NCBI GenBank assembly: GCA_020184695.1
Contig: JAANOX010000246.1
Coordinates: 134,597 to 198,596, forward strand
From: Histomonas meleagridis 2922-C6/04-290x
Taxonomy: Eukaryota; Protista; Parabasalia
Length of the DNA: 64,000 nucleotides
Direction of reading: 5' to 3'
Shown: piece by piece, positions 10,502 to 21,226 of the stretch
Layout of the letters: the number at the start of each line of letters is the position of its first letter
Numbering within the stretch: position 1 is the stretch's first letter
Notes under the pieces: model-generated
Databases searched by the model: none
The model's input: the letters and a program-made list of their open reading frames with translations, nothing else
What the model was told of the DNA's origin: nothing
Program-made: the position numbers and the translations under genes

Positions 10502-12418
10502 ATGAGCAGAAAAGAAAAAAAAACTTTACTTACAAATGTTAAAGATGCAAGACCAAATACAACAACTCCAAAAACGCCCACTCGTAAGCCACTAAAATCA
10601 AGTAAAGGAAAACGAAAAAAACTTTCCAAGAAAGAGATCCTTAGAAGAAAGAGGGAAAAGGCTGAACAAGAACGTCTTGAGCAACTTAGAATTGCCAAAG
10701 AGCTAGAAGAGAAGCGAGCTCATGAACAAGAGCAAGAAATGGAACGACTTGAGCAAGAAAGACTTCATTCAGAAAATGAATATCTCATTGAACTTCATAA
10801 CAGAAAAAACCAATTTTGCTCGGACACACGCCTCAAAAAACATAGGGTTGCAGAATGGGAATATTACACTGAATGTGATCATTCAACAAATCCACTTGAT
10901 CAAGCAGATGTTAATACATTTCTTTCTCAATGGCGCGAAAATGAAGAAACAGATATGCACAAATTGTTCAAACAAATTGAAACTGCCAAAAAATTATTAG
11001 ATCAATTAATTGAATATCGATCACAATCTTCAGTTTCAAATGATATTAAAGAATATGAACGTTTTTCGCAACCAATACGCGACATCAGACAGTTAATTGA
11101 GACCAAAATCAATTTGCTTACCCAACATCAATTATTATTTAGTGACAAATATGCAAGTGCCAAAAACGAAGTTCTATTAACAACTGAATCTGCGGGTTAC
11201 AGCTATGGGTTATGGGTTAACCTTACCAAGAATCCACGAATCAATAATATCGATTTTGGATTTTCTTCCATTAAGATTCCTAAAGCCGTTGCTACGACTT
11301 CTATTGCTATTCGTATGACCATTTCACCCTTTCTTTCTGGGTTCCATGATTATACACTTTTATCATCTATCTTATCATGCGAATTTTTCCAGCTCCCAAT
11401 TCCTCCTAAACGAATTGGCAACATGACCCTTCGTCAGTTTTCTGCGTCCAGTGGTCTTCAACCGATTCCATATACGATCAGAAATCAAAGCGAAGTTCAG
11501 TCGCCGCTCGTTTTCACCATGAAAATCCAGCCAGAGCTTCTCCCAAGCGACACAAGTTCACTTACTGTTGTTAAAATTGATGAATCTGAAAGTCCAATTA
11601 CAAATATTAATGTAGACAAAGAATCACAAACAGTCACATTTTCTTGTGAAAAAACTGGTCTTTTTGCATTAGCTATTCCAAGATACAATCAGTTTCCATT
11701 TAAGTTTTGGGAGATTAATTCAACAGCTGTTGATTCATGTGAGATTTTCATTAGAACATCTTTGACAGAATTTTCGATTATAATCGATTCTGATGGGTTG
11801 TGTTCAATGTCATCACCCTTACTGTTTAACAAGATGACGGCTCCTAAGGCATTAGAGTTCATGAAGCGCCACGGACTGAACATTGTTTCTCCAGAAGCAT
11901 TCACAGCGGTTAGCGGTTTTGACATGACCGATAAAAATTCTGAGCTCGAAGAAGTTCTTAATCGCGGATTAGCTGATTGTGCTTCTGGTTTTGTAATTCG
12001 TTGTAGTAAATGGAATTCTCATATATCGAGTGATAGGGCAATACTAATTGCAAGAGAAATTAAGGAATTTGGAGAACCGATTTCTGATGATGAAGAATTT
12101 TTGGCAAACGAAGAAGAGGAAAAAGAAGAAGAAAAGAATGAAAACGAAGAAGAACAACAAATTGAAGAAAAGAAATCAAAATGGCATTGCATACATGTGA
12201 AAACAAAACATATAAACGAAATTAAGTATGCAGAAATAACTGATGAACTCGATCCAAAGATGTTGGAAGGAACTCGATTTCATCAACACTTGATGCCAAT
12301 GCTAATGGATATTGCATCTGAGGAAGTACAAAGTCGAGTGAAAAGTTGTTCAGGATTTGTGAACGAAACCATGTACTATCTCTTGAAGAAATTGAGGTTG
12401 TTCTCTTCTACAGAATGA
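10502..12418 (+). CDS. CASC1/DNAI7 (IC97-like) axonemal dynein-associated protein
   Basis: Basic, coiled-coil N-terminus followed by EWEYYTECDHSTNPLDQADVNTFLSQWRE, typical of the CASC1 N-terminal domain. The likely ATG is at 10502. Confidence 0.7.
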   Translation: MSRKEKKTLLTNVKDARPNTTTPKTPTRKPLKSSKGKRKKLSKKEILRRKREKAEQERLEQLRIAKELEEKRAHEQEQEMERLEQERLHSENEYLIELHNRKNQFCSDTRLKKHRVAEWEYYTECDHSTNPLDQADVNTFLSQWRENEETDMHKLFKQIETAKKLLDQLIEYRSQSSVSNDIKEYERFSQPIRDIRQLIETKINLLTQHQLLFSDKYASAKNEVLLTTESAGYSYGLWVNLTKNPRINNIDFGFSSIKIPKAVATTSIAIRMTISPFLSGFHDYTLLSSILSCEFFQLPIPPKRIGNMTLRQFSASSGLQPIPYTIRNQSEVQSPLVFTMKIQPELLPSDTSSLTVVKIDESESPITNINVDKESQTVTFSCEKTGLFALAIPRYNQFPFKFWEINSTAVDSCEIFIRTSLTEFSIIIDSDGLCSMSSPLLFNKMTAPKALEFMKRHGLNIVSPEAFTAVSGFDMTDKNSELEEVLNRGLADCASGFVIRCSKWNSHISSDRAILIAREIKEFGEPISDDEEFLANEEEEKEEEKNENEEEQQIEEKKSKWHCIHVKTKHINEIKYAEITDELDPKMLEGTRFHQHLMPMLMDIASEEVQSRVKSCSGFVNETMYYLLKKLRLFSSTE

Positions 12419-12707
12419 AATATATATAAATGTTTCTATTAAATTTAATGTTTAATAACTATTTTTCATAAGCCCATGTGGTTCGGAACAAGCTTTTTTG
12501 TGGAAAATCATTTCAATCTGAATCGATTTCATAAGATATAATAAATATAAGAAATTTCAAAAACAAAATAAGAGCATTGTCTAATAGAATGAAAATATGT
12601 TCAGTTTTAAACCATTATCTTATTGGCTACAAACGCTTTCATGATTTTAATTAAAGAGTTAATTGAAATGGCGGTTTTTTAGGGGCAAATTCGCTTTTGA
12701 CCCAAAA

Positions 12708-13850
12708 ATGAAAAATCCTCTCAAAAATTGTGTTGGTTTTCATCGTTTTTCTCAAAAAAACACCTCCAAAACTTCTCCCATGAAGACCAAAACAGACCTT
12801 ACTCCAAAGCACCCAATAGGCTCGCTTATCATGAACTATATTGTTGGCCCAAAAATCGGCCAAGGTGCTTTTGGCGAAATTTATTCTGCTATCGATCAAT
12901 ATACGGGTCTAATTTGGGCAATTAAGACCGAACCTAATTCAGTCAAACGTAAGACACTTGCATTTGAATACCAGATTTTGGCGCGTGTTCAATCATCTCC
13001 AACATTTCCACGTCTAGGCATATTAGGCCATGGCAAAGACTTTAGTTTTATTTCTATGGAACTCCTAGGACCAAGCCTAGCTAATATTCTCAAGAAACTT
13101 CCAAAAAAGACATTTACATTTAGCACAGGAATTCGTGCCTCATATTTTATTCTTAAGTGCATAGAATCCCTCCATGTCTTTGGTTTTATTCACCGTGACA
13201 TCAAACCAGGGAATATTCTTACACGTGAAGGTAGTGAACATCCATTATGTTTAATTGATTTTGGATTATCACGTATGTATATTGATCAAAACACGGGCAA
13301 ACATTTTACTCGCCGTCCTAAGATAGGTTTTAGAGGTACTCGAGCATATGCTAGTGTTCATGCACATTTGTCACAAGATCTTTCCCGACGCGATGACTTG
13401 ATCTCATGGTTTTATTTGACCTACGAGTTCGCTATTGGGCCTCTTCCATGGCGCCATCTCGGCAACAAGCATGAGATTCTTCGCATCAAGGAGAACTTCG
13501 ATGTCGAGACGCAAGTCTCCGAAATTGCGCCCGAATTGATCGATGTATGGAACTATGTAAAGAGTCTCAAGTTCGAGGAGACGCCGAATTATTCGCGAAT
13601 ATATGATAGCATTTTACGTATTTGTCGGAGAGAAGGATTTAAACTTGATGACCCATTCGATTGGTCCGAAATGTTACATAAAAGTTCCAATAAAATGGCA
13701 AAAGCTGTTGAGGGATTAAAGCCAAACAGCCACTTAAAGAAGGCAAAATGTACTGAGTCTTCTCTCCAGGAAAAATTGTTACATGCATCAATAACAATTC
13801 CGCCACCTTTTAGCCATGTGTCGGAAGAATCGGGATGCTGTGGATGCTGA
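12708..13850 (+). CDS. CK1-group (tau-tubulin kinase-like) Ser/Thr protein kinase
   Basis: IGQGAFGEIY, AIKTE, MELLGPSL, HRDIKPGN, IDFGLSR, FRGTRAYAS and SRRDDLISW are CK1/TTBK signatures. Confidence 0.92.
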   Translation: MKNPLKNCVGFHRFSQKNTSKTSPMKTKTDLTPKHPIGSLIMNYIVGPKIGQGAFGEIYSAIDQYTGLIWAIKTEPNSVKRKTLAFEYQILARVQSSPTFPRLGILGHGKDFSFISMELLGPSLANILKKLPKKTFTFSTGIRASYFILKCIESLHVFGFIHRDIKPGNILTREGSEHPLCLIDFGLSRMYIDQNTGKHFTRRPKIGFRGTRAYASVHAHLSQDLSRRDDLISWFYLTYEFAIGPLPWRHLGNKHEILRIKENFDVETQVSEIAPELIDVWNYVKSLKFEETPNYSRIYDSILRICRREGFKLDDPFDWSEMLHKSSNKMAKAVEGLKPNSHLKKAKCTESSLQEKLLHASITIPPPFSHVSEESGCCGC

Positions 13851-14094
13851 TGAATTAGCATTTGTAAATAGTTTGCGAAATATGAATTTTGATTTTTTAT
13901 TGAAATTCGATTATAGTCTTAAAATAAAGATAAAACTCTAAAGCTATAGTTTATTTATTTTTAATTTAGATTTACTTCGCTAAGTTAAGGGTTGTATAAT
14001 ATAATGTTGGTGATCAACATATACGTTCTAATATTTATACTTTAAAGTTAAGATGTTAATAATTAACATATTATATGTTGAAGAAATAAATATA

Positions 14095-17000
14095 TTAAGT
14101 ATTGGTGTTATTTCCTGCTTTCTCAAGAAGTAATTCGATAATTTCAGTGTGGCCATGTTTAGATGCATATGTAATAGCTGTTTCAAATAAATTATATAAT
14201 TTCCAAATGTTATATTGAAAGATTAAATAATTGAAGTGAATCCAAAATGAAATACATAAACATTTTTTGTGTTAATATCAATTCCTTCTTGTTCAAGAAG
14301 TAGTTTGACTAATTTTATGGAACCTTTTTCAGATACATACATAAGTGCTGTTTTAAAATATTTCAATAATTTTCAAATATTATTTTTAAATGTTAAATTA
14401 TTAATATAGACATTAAGCAAAACAAATATATATCTTTAGCATTAATATCAATTCCTTCTTGTTCGATAAGTAATTTTACTATTTCGATGTTATCATCTTT
14501 AGATGCAAGCATGAGTGCTGTTTTAAAATATTTCAATAATTTCCAAGTATAATTTCGAAATAAGAATTTATTAAATTAGAAATTAAATAAAACAAATAAA
14601 TAGTTTTAGCATTGATATCAATTCCTTCTTGTTTGAGTAATAATTTTACTATTTTTGTATTCCCTTTTTCAGTTGCAATTGAAAGCGATGTTTGATAAAA
14701 TTTTAAGAATTTCCATATGTTTCTTTGAGATATCAAATTATTGAGATAAATTTCAAATAAAACAATCAAAAATTTCTAATGTTAACATCAATTCCTTTTT
14801 GTTTAAGAAGCATTTTAATTATTTCTATGAAACTATTTATAGTTGCTTTCATAAGTGCTGTTTCAAATAATATAAATGATTTCCAAATATTATTTTGAAA
14901 TATAAAATTATTAAAATAAATTTTAAATAAAACAAATAAATAGTTTTAGCATTGATATCAATTCCTTCTTGTTCTAGAAGTAATTTTACTATTTCTATGT
15001 TATCTTTTTCAGTTGCTTTCATAAGTGCTGTTTCAAATAATATAAATGATTTCCAAATATTATTTTGAAATATAAAATTATTAAAATAAATTTTAAATAA
15101 AACAAATAAATAGTTTTAGCATTAATATCAATTCCTTCTTGTTCTAGAAGTAATTTTACTATTTCTATGTTATCTTTTTTCAGTTGCTTTCATAAGTGCT
15201 GTTTCAAATAATATAAATGATTTCCAAATATTATTTTGAAATATAAAATTATTAAAATAAATTTTAAATAAAACAAATAAATAGTTTTAGCATTAATATC
15301 AATTCCTTCTTGTTCTAGAAGTAATTTTACTATTTCTATATGACCATTTAAAGATGCTTTCATAAGTGCTGTTTCAAATAATATAAACAATTTCCAAATA
15401 TTATTTTGAAATATAAAATTATTAAAATAAATTTTAAATAAAACAAATAAATAGTTTTAGCATTGATATCAATTCCTTCTTGTTCTAGAAGTAATTTTAC
15501 TATTTCTGTGTGACCTTTTTCAGATGCTTTCATAAGTGCTGTTTCAAATAATTTAAATAATTTCCAAATATTATATTTAAATATTAAATTATTAAAATAA
15601 ATTCTATATAATACAAATAAATGTCTTTAGCATTAATATCAATTCCTTTTTGTTCAAGAAGTAATTTAACTATTTCTATATGACCATTTCCAGATGCATC
15701 CAGAAATGCATTATTATATAGCATAAATAATTTCCAATTATTATTTTAAAATTCGTAATTAATAAAATAAATCCAAAAAGATACAAATAAAATCCATCTG
15801 AATTAATATCTTTTCCTTTTCTAAGTTCAAGAATTAATTTGACAATTTCTGTCTTACCATATGTTGCTGCTCGATTAAATGCTTTACTAAATAATTTGAT
15901 AAGTTTCCATATATTAATTTGAGACATCGCTATATATTAATGTATTATTTGGTTATTTATATTAAATCCTTTATATGTTAGAAATAATTTTATGATATTG
16001 AATCGAAGAAAATCGGTTGCACTGGTAAAAGCAAATAATTATAATAAATATTAAACAAAACAAATAAAGACTTATATCATTAATTTCAATTCCTTCTTGT
16101 TCTAGAAGCAATTTAACAATTTCAATATGGCCATTTTTAGATGCCAATATAAGTGCTGTTCTAAATAATTTATATAATTTCCAAATATTATTTTGAATTA
16201 CCAAATTATTAAAATAAATATAAAATAAAACAAATAAATAGTTTTAATATTAATATCAATTCCTTCTTGTTCTAGAAGTAATTTAACTATTTTTGTATCA
16301 CCTTTTTCAGCTGCAAGCATTAATAATGTTTTAATTAATTTAAATAAATTCCAAATGTTATAATGAAAAATCGATTAAGCTTAAAAAACAAACAAAAAAA
16401 GTTAAAAACATCACTTGCATTTAAGTTCACAAATCCTCCTTCAATAAGTGATAATATTATATCCTTTTCCAATATATCTTTTTTATATGCAAAAACAAGT
16501 GATGCTTTAAGTATAATGAATAATTTCCAAAAATCATTTTGAAATATCAAATCATAAGAATTTATATTAATTAAAAAAATAAAAAATATTTTCCATCATA
16601 AATATTATTTTTTCCGAGTAGTAATTTTACTATTTCTATATGACCATTTTCAGATGCTTTCATAAGTGCTGTTCTAAATAATTTAAATAATTTCCAAATA
16701 TTATTTTGAATTACCAAATTATTAAAATAAATATTAAATAAAACAAATAAATATCTTTAGCATTAATATCAATTCCTTCTTGTTCTAGAAGTAATTTAAC
16801 TATTTTTGTATGGCCATTTGCAGACGCTAAAATAAGTGCTGTTCTAAATAATTTAAATAATTTCCAAATATTATTTTGAATTACCAAATTATTAAAATAA
16901 ATATTAAATAAAACAAATAAATATCTTTAGCATTAATATCAATTCCTTTTTGTTCAAGAAGTAATTTAACTATTTTTGTATGGCCATTTGCAGACGCTAA

Positions 17001-18830
17001 AATAAGTGCTGTCCAAAATAATTTAAATAATTTCCAAATATTATTTTGAATTACCAAATTATTAAAATAAATATTAAATAAAACAAATAAATATCTTTAG
17101 CATTAATATCAATTCCTTCTTGTTCTAGAAGTAATTTTACTATTTCTATGTTATCTTTTTCAGATGCTTTCATAAGTGCTGTTTCAAATAATATAAATGA
17201 TTTCCAAATATTATTTTGAAATATAAAATTATTAAAATAAATTTTAAATAAAACAAATAAATATCTTTAGCATTAATATCAATTTCTTTTTGTTCAAGAA
17301 GTAATTTAACTATTTCTATATGACCATTTAAAGATGCATACATAAGTGCTGTTCGAAATAATTTAAATAATTTTCAAATATTGTTTTGAAATATAAATTT
17401 CAAATAAAACAAAAAAATATCTTTAGCATTAATTTCAATTCCTTCTTGTTCAAGAAGTAATTTAACTATTTCTGTATGACCTTTTTCAGAAGCAAACATA
17501 AGTTCGGTTCGAAATATTTTAAACAATTTCCAAATACTATTTTGATATATAAAATTAACACAGAAAACCTTTTCATAAAATACGAAAAAACATCAACAGC
17601 ATTGATATCAATGTATTTTGTTTCAAGAATTATTTTAAATATTGCACCAATTCCTTTTTCATAACCATAATTAAGTTCAACATCAAACAAATTGAATAAT
17701 TTTCAAATATTTTTTGTAAATCCAAAAATACTGATATAAAAATTAAATGAAATACATAAATTTTTTTATATTTATTATTATTTTTGTAATCTAGAAGCAT
17801 ATTAACAATATCCATGTGATTATTTTCACATGCATAAATAAGCGCAGTCCAAAATAATTTTAATATATTCCAAAAATGAATTTAAAATATCAAAATATTA
17901 TAATAAATATTGTAAAAAAGAAATTTATTGATTTAAAATTTATATCAATTCCTTTGAATTCAAGAAGTAATTTGGCTATTTCAGTATAACCATTAATGGA
18001 TGCTAAAATAAGTGATGTAAAAAGTATTTTGATTAAACCCCAAAAATGAATTTTAATTATGAAAAATATTAAATAAACCTTAAACAAAGTAAAATAAAAT
18101 CATGTGGATTAATGTCTATTTTTTCATGATGAAGAAGTAACCTAACAATTTCAATATCATTTTTTTGAACAGCGAGTATTAATGCTGTACAAAATAGTAT
18201 AAAAAAACGCCAAACATCATGAAAAAATTTTAAACAACTTAAACAAAAATTAAATTCAACAAATAAAAATTAGAAGCATTGATGTTAATTCTCTTATAGT
18301 TAAGAAGTAATTTAAGGATCTTAATATATCTGTTCTTTACAGCATCCATAAGTGCTGTCCAAAATAAGATGAATAAGTTCCAAATTCTAAAAACAATTAC
18401 CAAATATTTAAAATCAAAATTAAATTGGATAAACAAAGATTCACAGCATTAACATTAATTCTTTTTTGTTGAAGAAGTAACTTAACTATTTTAATATGAT
18501 TATTATCCACTGCCATTAAAAATGGTGTATAAAATTTGCTGAGTAAATTCCAAATATATATTTAAAATTTGAAATGATAAAAACAATTTTTCTTTTTAAT
18601 AAAAAAATATTTTTAGCGTTTATTTTTATTCTTTCTTGCTCAAGAAGTAATTTAACTATATCAAAATAACCTTTACTACATGCAACAATTAATGGTGTAT
18701 AAAAACATTAATATAAATTTTATTTCATACACAGAAACACCAATATTTTAAAACATATTTTAGTAAATATTATAAAACATATTTAACATTTACATCAGTT
18801 CCTTCTTTTTCAAGAAGTAATTTAACAATT
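14095..18830 (-). repeat. Tandem array of about 28-29 ankyrin modules with a 170-nt period (about 90-nt ANK core plus 80-nt AT-rich spacer)
   Basis: The EG-I codon anchor recurs at 14111, 14281, 14451, 14621, 14791, 14961, 15131, 15302, 15472, 15642, 15812 ... 16772, 16942, 17112, 17282 ... 17948, 18118, 18288, 18458, 18628 and 18798. Each core reads xTALMKASxxGHxEIVKLLLEQEGIDINAK or a variant. The last module ends ACT TAA at 14095. Confidence 0.95.
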
Positions 18831-19942
18831 TCAATATTTCCTGATCTTGTTGCTGATATTAAAGTTTCTTTAGGAATTTTATTTCCTAGAGAAAAATGTC
18901 TAAAAAGAAATATATTACCATTTTCGACTGCTTCAATTATTAATTTTTCAACATTTAATTTTTTCGTTTCTAAAAATGATAAAATTTCATAATTATCATA
19001 TGTAATACATTTCTTTCCTAATTCAGTAAAATCTTCTTCTTTATTGTATTCACTTTCGAAAAAATAATAAAATATTTCATTCCGATGAAATTCTATTGCT
19101 GTTTCTATTGATCCATTAAAGTTAGAATGATTCTGTTCACAATAATAAAGAATTTCAAGATTTCCACCTGCTACAGCATATATTCCTGTATTTGTTAAAT
19201 CAACATTATTTAAAATCAAGTATTTGAAGCATTTAATCGATCCAAAGAATGCTGCATAATCAACAAGTGAAAGTTTTTCTTTATTAATAAATGAATATCT
19301 TTCATATAATGATGGCTCTATGTTTTGCTTAAAATCAAAATTTGGTTCTGATGATATTTCATGAAGTTTTTCTACATCATCATTTCGTATTGCTTTAATT
19401 GCATCCGAAGGATTAGATCCTTCATGAATGAGTTGCTTATGAAGCTTCCAATCATCCTTTTTCAGCTCTTCAATATTATCAAAAAATTGTTTATGAAAAG
19501 GAATATTATTTGTTGAATCTTTAAATGCATTAATTTCTTCATCTGTTTTATAATGAATAAAATATAAAGTTTTAATGTTTCGTACAACTTTAGGATTGAC
19601 CATTTTTTGTTCAATCATATATCCTAAAAGATAATTAGATTCCTGAGTATTTAAATGTAAAAGTAAATTTGTAAAAATGTTAATTATTTTATTATAATAT
19701 TTGGCTGATAATGTTTTAAGAAATTGAACAATATTATAGTCATTTTTATTTAAAATAAAAGCTGAATATATCAATCTACTTAAAATCAACATCGAAGAAT
19801 AAGGATAATCAGAATCTAATAATTTTTCTATTGATTTAACAGATTCAGAAATATTACTTTCTCTAAAATCAAATATTGTATTTCGTATAATTTTGAGATA
19901 TTGAATATATTTTGTTTCTCTCGTTCCTGTTGATTCTTTCAT
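18770..19942 (-). CDS. DUF3447-type ankyrin-repeat protein, 5' part of the interrupted array gene
   Basis: IRNDDVEKL..LVDYAAFFGSIKCFKYL..YAVAGGNLEI..AIEFHRNEIFYYF is typical of parabasalid DUF3447/ANK proteins. The ORF runs through the first array module and stops four codons into the first spacer (DVNVK-YVL*). Confidence 0.85.
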   Translation of the reverse strand: MKESTGTRETKYIQYLKIIRNTIFDFRESNISESVKSIEKLLDSDYPYSSMLILSRLIYSAFILNKNDYNIVQFLKTLSAKYYNKIINIFTNLLLHLNTQESNYLLGYMIEQKMVNPKVVRNIKTLYFIHYKTDEEINAFKDSTNNIPFHKQFFDNIEELKKDDWKLHKQLIHEGSNPSDAIKAIRNDDVEKLHEISSEPNFDFKQNIEPSLYERYSFINKEKLSLVDYAAFFGSIKCFKYLILNNVDLTNTGIYAVAGGNLEILYYCEQNHSNFNGSIETAIEFHRNEIFYYFFESEYNKEEDFTELGKKCITYDNYEILSFLETKKLNVEKLIIEAVENGNIFLFRHFSLGNKIPKETLISATRSGNIEIVKLLLEKEGTDVNVKYVL

Positions 19943-20376
19943 TCCTTTTTAATGGAAATTGTCAATTCAAATCAATATTTGTTGAGTAAAAAGTGCATAT
20001 ATTTTGAATGCAAAATTTCTTTGTTTTAATAGAACGAAAACAACTTTCAGAAAAGTCACAACTTAGGTCATTGGTTTTCATCAAAATTATATATAATGTT
20101 TTACTAAAGGATGCATAACTAATTATAAATTATTTTGCTAAACAAACAATTTTTTCAAAAGATTTTATAATTTGATCAAGTTAATTATTTTTTAGTTGCA
20201 ATCATTAAACATTTAGAGCGCCTTAGGGTATTCCCAACTATTTGTAAATCAACAATATTGGGAAATTAGATGTGCAAATTAATTTCAGCAAAAAAATATA
20301 TAATAATAAAATTAGAATGACTTTAATCAAAGTCCATAAAGGAGTTTTTACTCTATATCTCAGATATTGAAAATTT

Positions 20377-21003
20377 CTAAAGTTTAATTATATCAGATTT
20401 CTGAGTAAGGAGTGTTTTGTTTGTGACCCATTGTAACCAGTTTGATGAAAGCCATTGATCATATATCTTAAGTAGCCAAGGAGAGAAAACATTTGGATTC
20501 GATTGTATTTCAGAATGTAACTCATCACTTGTAATCCACCTTACGGCATTTATTTCATCAGGATTGAATTCAATCTTCTCGTTGTCATAAAAGCCGAATA
20601 TAACATGATCTATTTCAGATTCAACCCATTCACCAGAAGCAGCATAATACTGAAATACACCAACTTCTGTAAGATGTGCATCATCTGTGAGATTTATATT
20701 TAGTTCAAATGATGTCCTTCGCTTTGCAGCTGAAATAATATCTTCATTTGGTTCTGGATGAGAGCAACATGTATTTGCCCAAATAAGAGGGAAAGTCAAT
20801 TTCGTGTTGCTCCTTTGTTGAATTAGAAGTTGGCCTTTTGAATTGAACAAGAATAATGAAAAAGCCCGATGCAATTTTGGTCCTTTATCTATATGATGAG
20901 CTTCATATTTATCACATATAGAAATTTGGTTATCTTGTTCATCCACTACTATTACCTTACTTGAAAGCATTTGTTGAAGCTGAGAATCGTTGTTGTTGCT
21001 CAT
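20377..21003 (-). CDS. IDI1: Isopentenyl-diphosphate delta-isomerase, type 1 (NUDIX fold)
   Basis: LHRAFSLFLFN, QQRS..KLTFP..WANTCCSHP, EWVESEIDHV and FSPWL motifs. Confidence 0.93.
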   Translation of the reverse strand: MSNNNDSQLQQMLSSKVIVVDEQDNQISICDKYEAHHIDKGPKLHRAFSLFLFNSKGQLLIQQRSNTKLTFPLIWANTCCSHPEPNEDIISAAKRRTSFELNINLTDDAHLTEVGVFQYYAASGEWVESEIDHVIFGFYDNEKIEFNPDEINAVRWITSDELHSEIQSNPNVFSPWLLKIYDQWLSSNWLQWVTNKTLLTQKSDIIKL

Positions 21004-21226
21004 TTTTTTTTAACGCACACCACTTTTTCTGAGAATAATACGGTTATTTGCAATCGGGGCAAATTTTTCGCTTTTCCAAGTTGGTCAATTCCAACGATAA
21101 GACTAAATGAATGCGAAACTATCGTATTCATATTCAAAAACTGAAAAATGCATTAAAACTTCTTCAAGGATCAAATCAAAGACAATTTATATAAAACATA
21201 TATTTAATGTTTATTAAAAACAAAAC

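Noticed and set aside
15369-15444. Canonical GT-AG intron using the TTT|GTTTT donor and the ACAG| acceptor
   Set aside because: Removal would be 76 nt, leaving 94 nt per unit (out of frame) and deleting the conserved Thr. The GT is also missing from several spacers and there is no ACTAAC branch motif next to the AG.
17341-17400. TGA read as Trp, since TGA replaces the TGG of the spacer motif in two units
   Set aside because: TGA terminates the Fip1, CASC1-like and kinase genes here. Its appearance in spacers is better read as evidence that spacers are not translated.
17852-17931. Spacers translated through with one programmed -1 frameshift each
   Set aside because: In this spacer the upstream frame stops at nt 40-42 (TGA) and the downstream frame has TAA at nt 48-50, so no single shift crosses it. 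The first spacer also has stops in both frames.
14095-18830. CRISPR-like repeat-spacer array
   Set aside because: The repeats are about 90-nt ankyrin-coding units and the spacers are homologous to each other. The context is eukaryotic with no cas genes.
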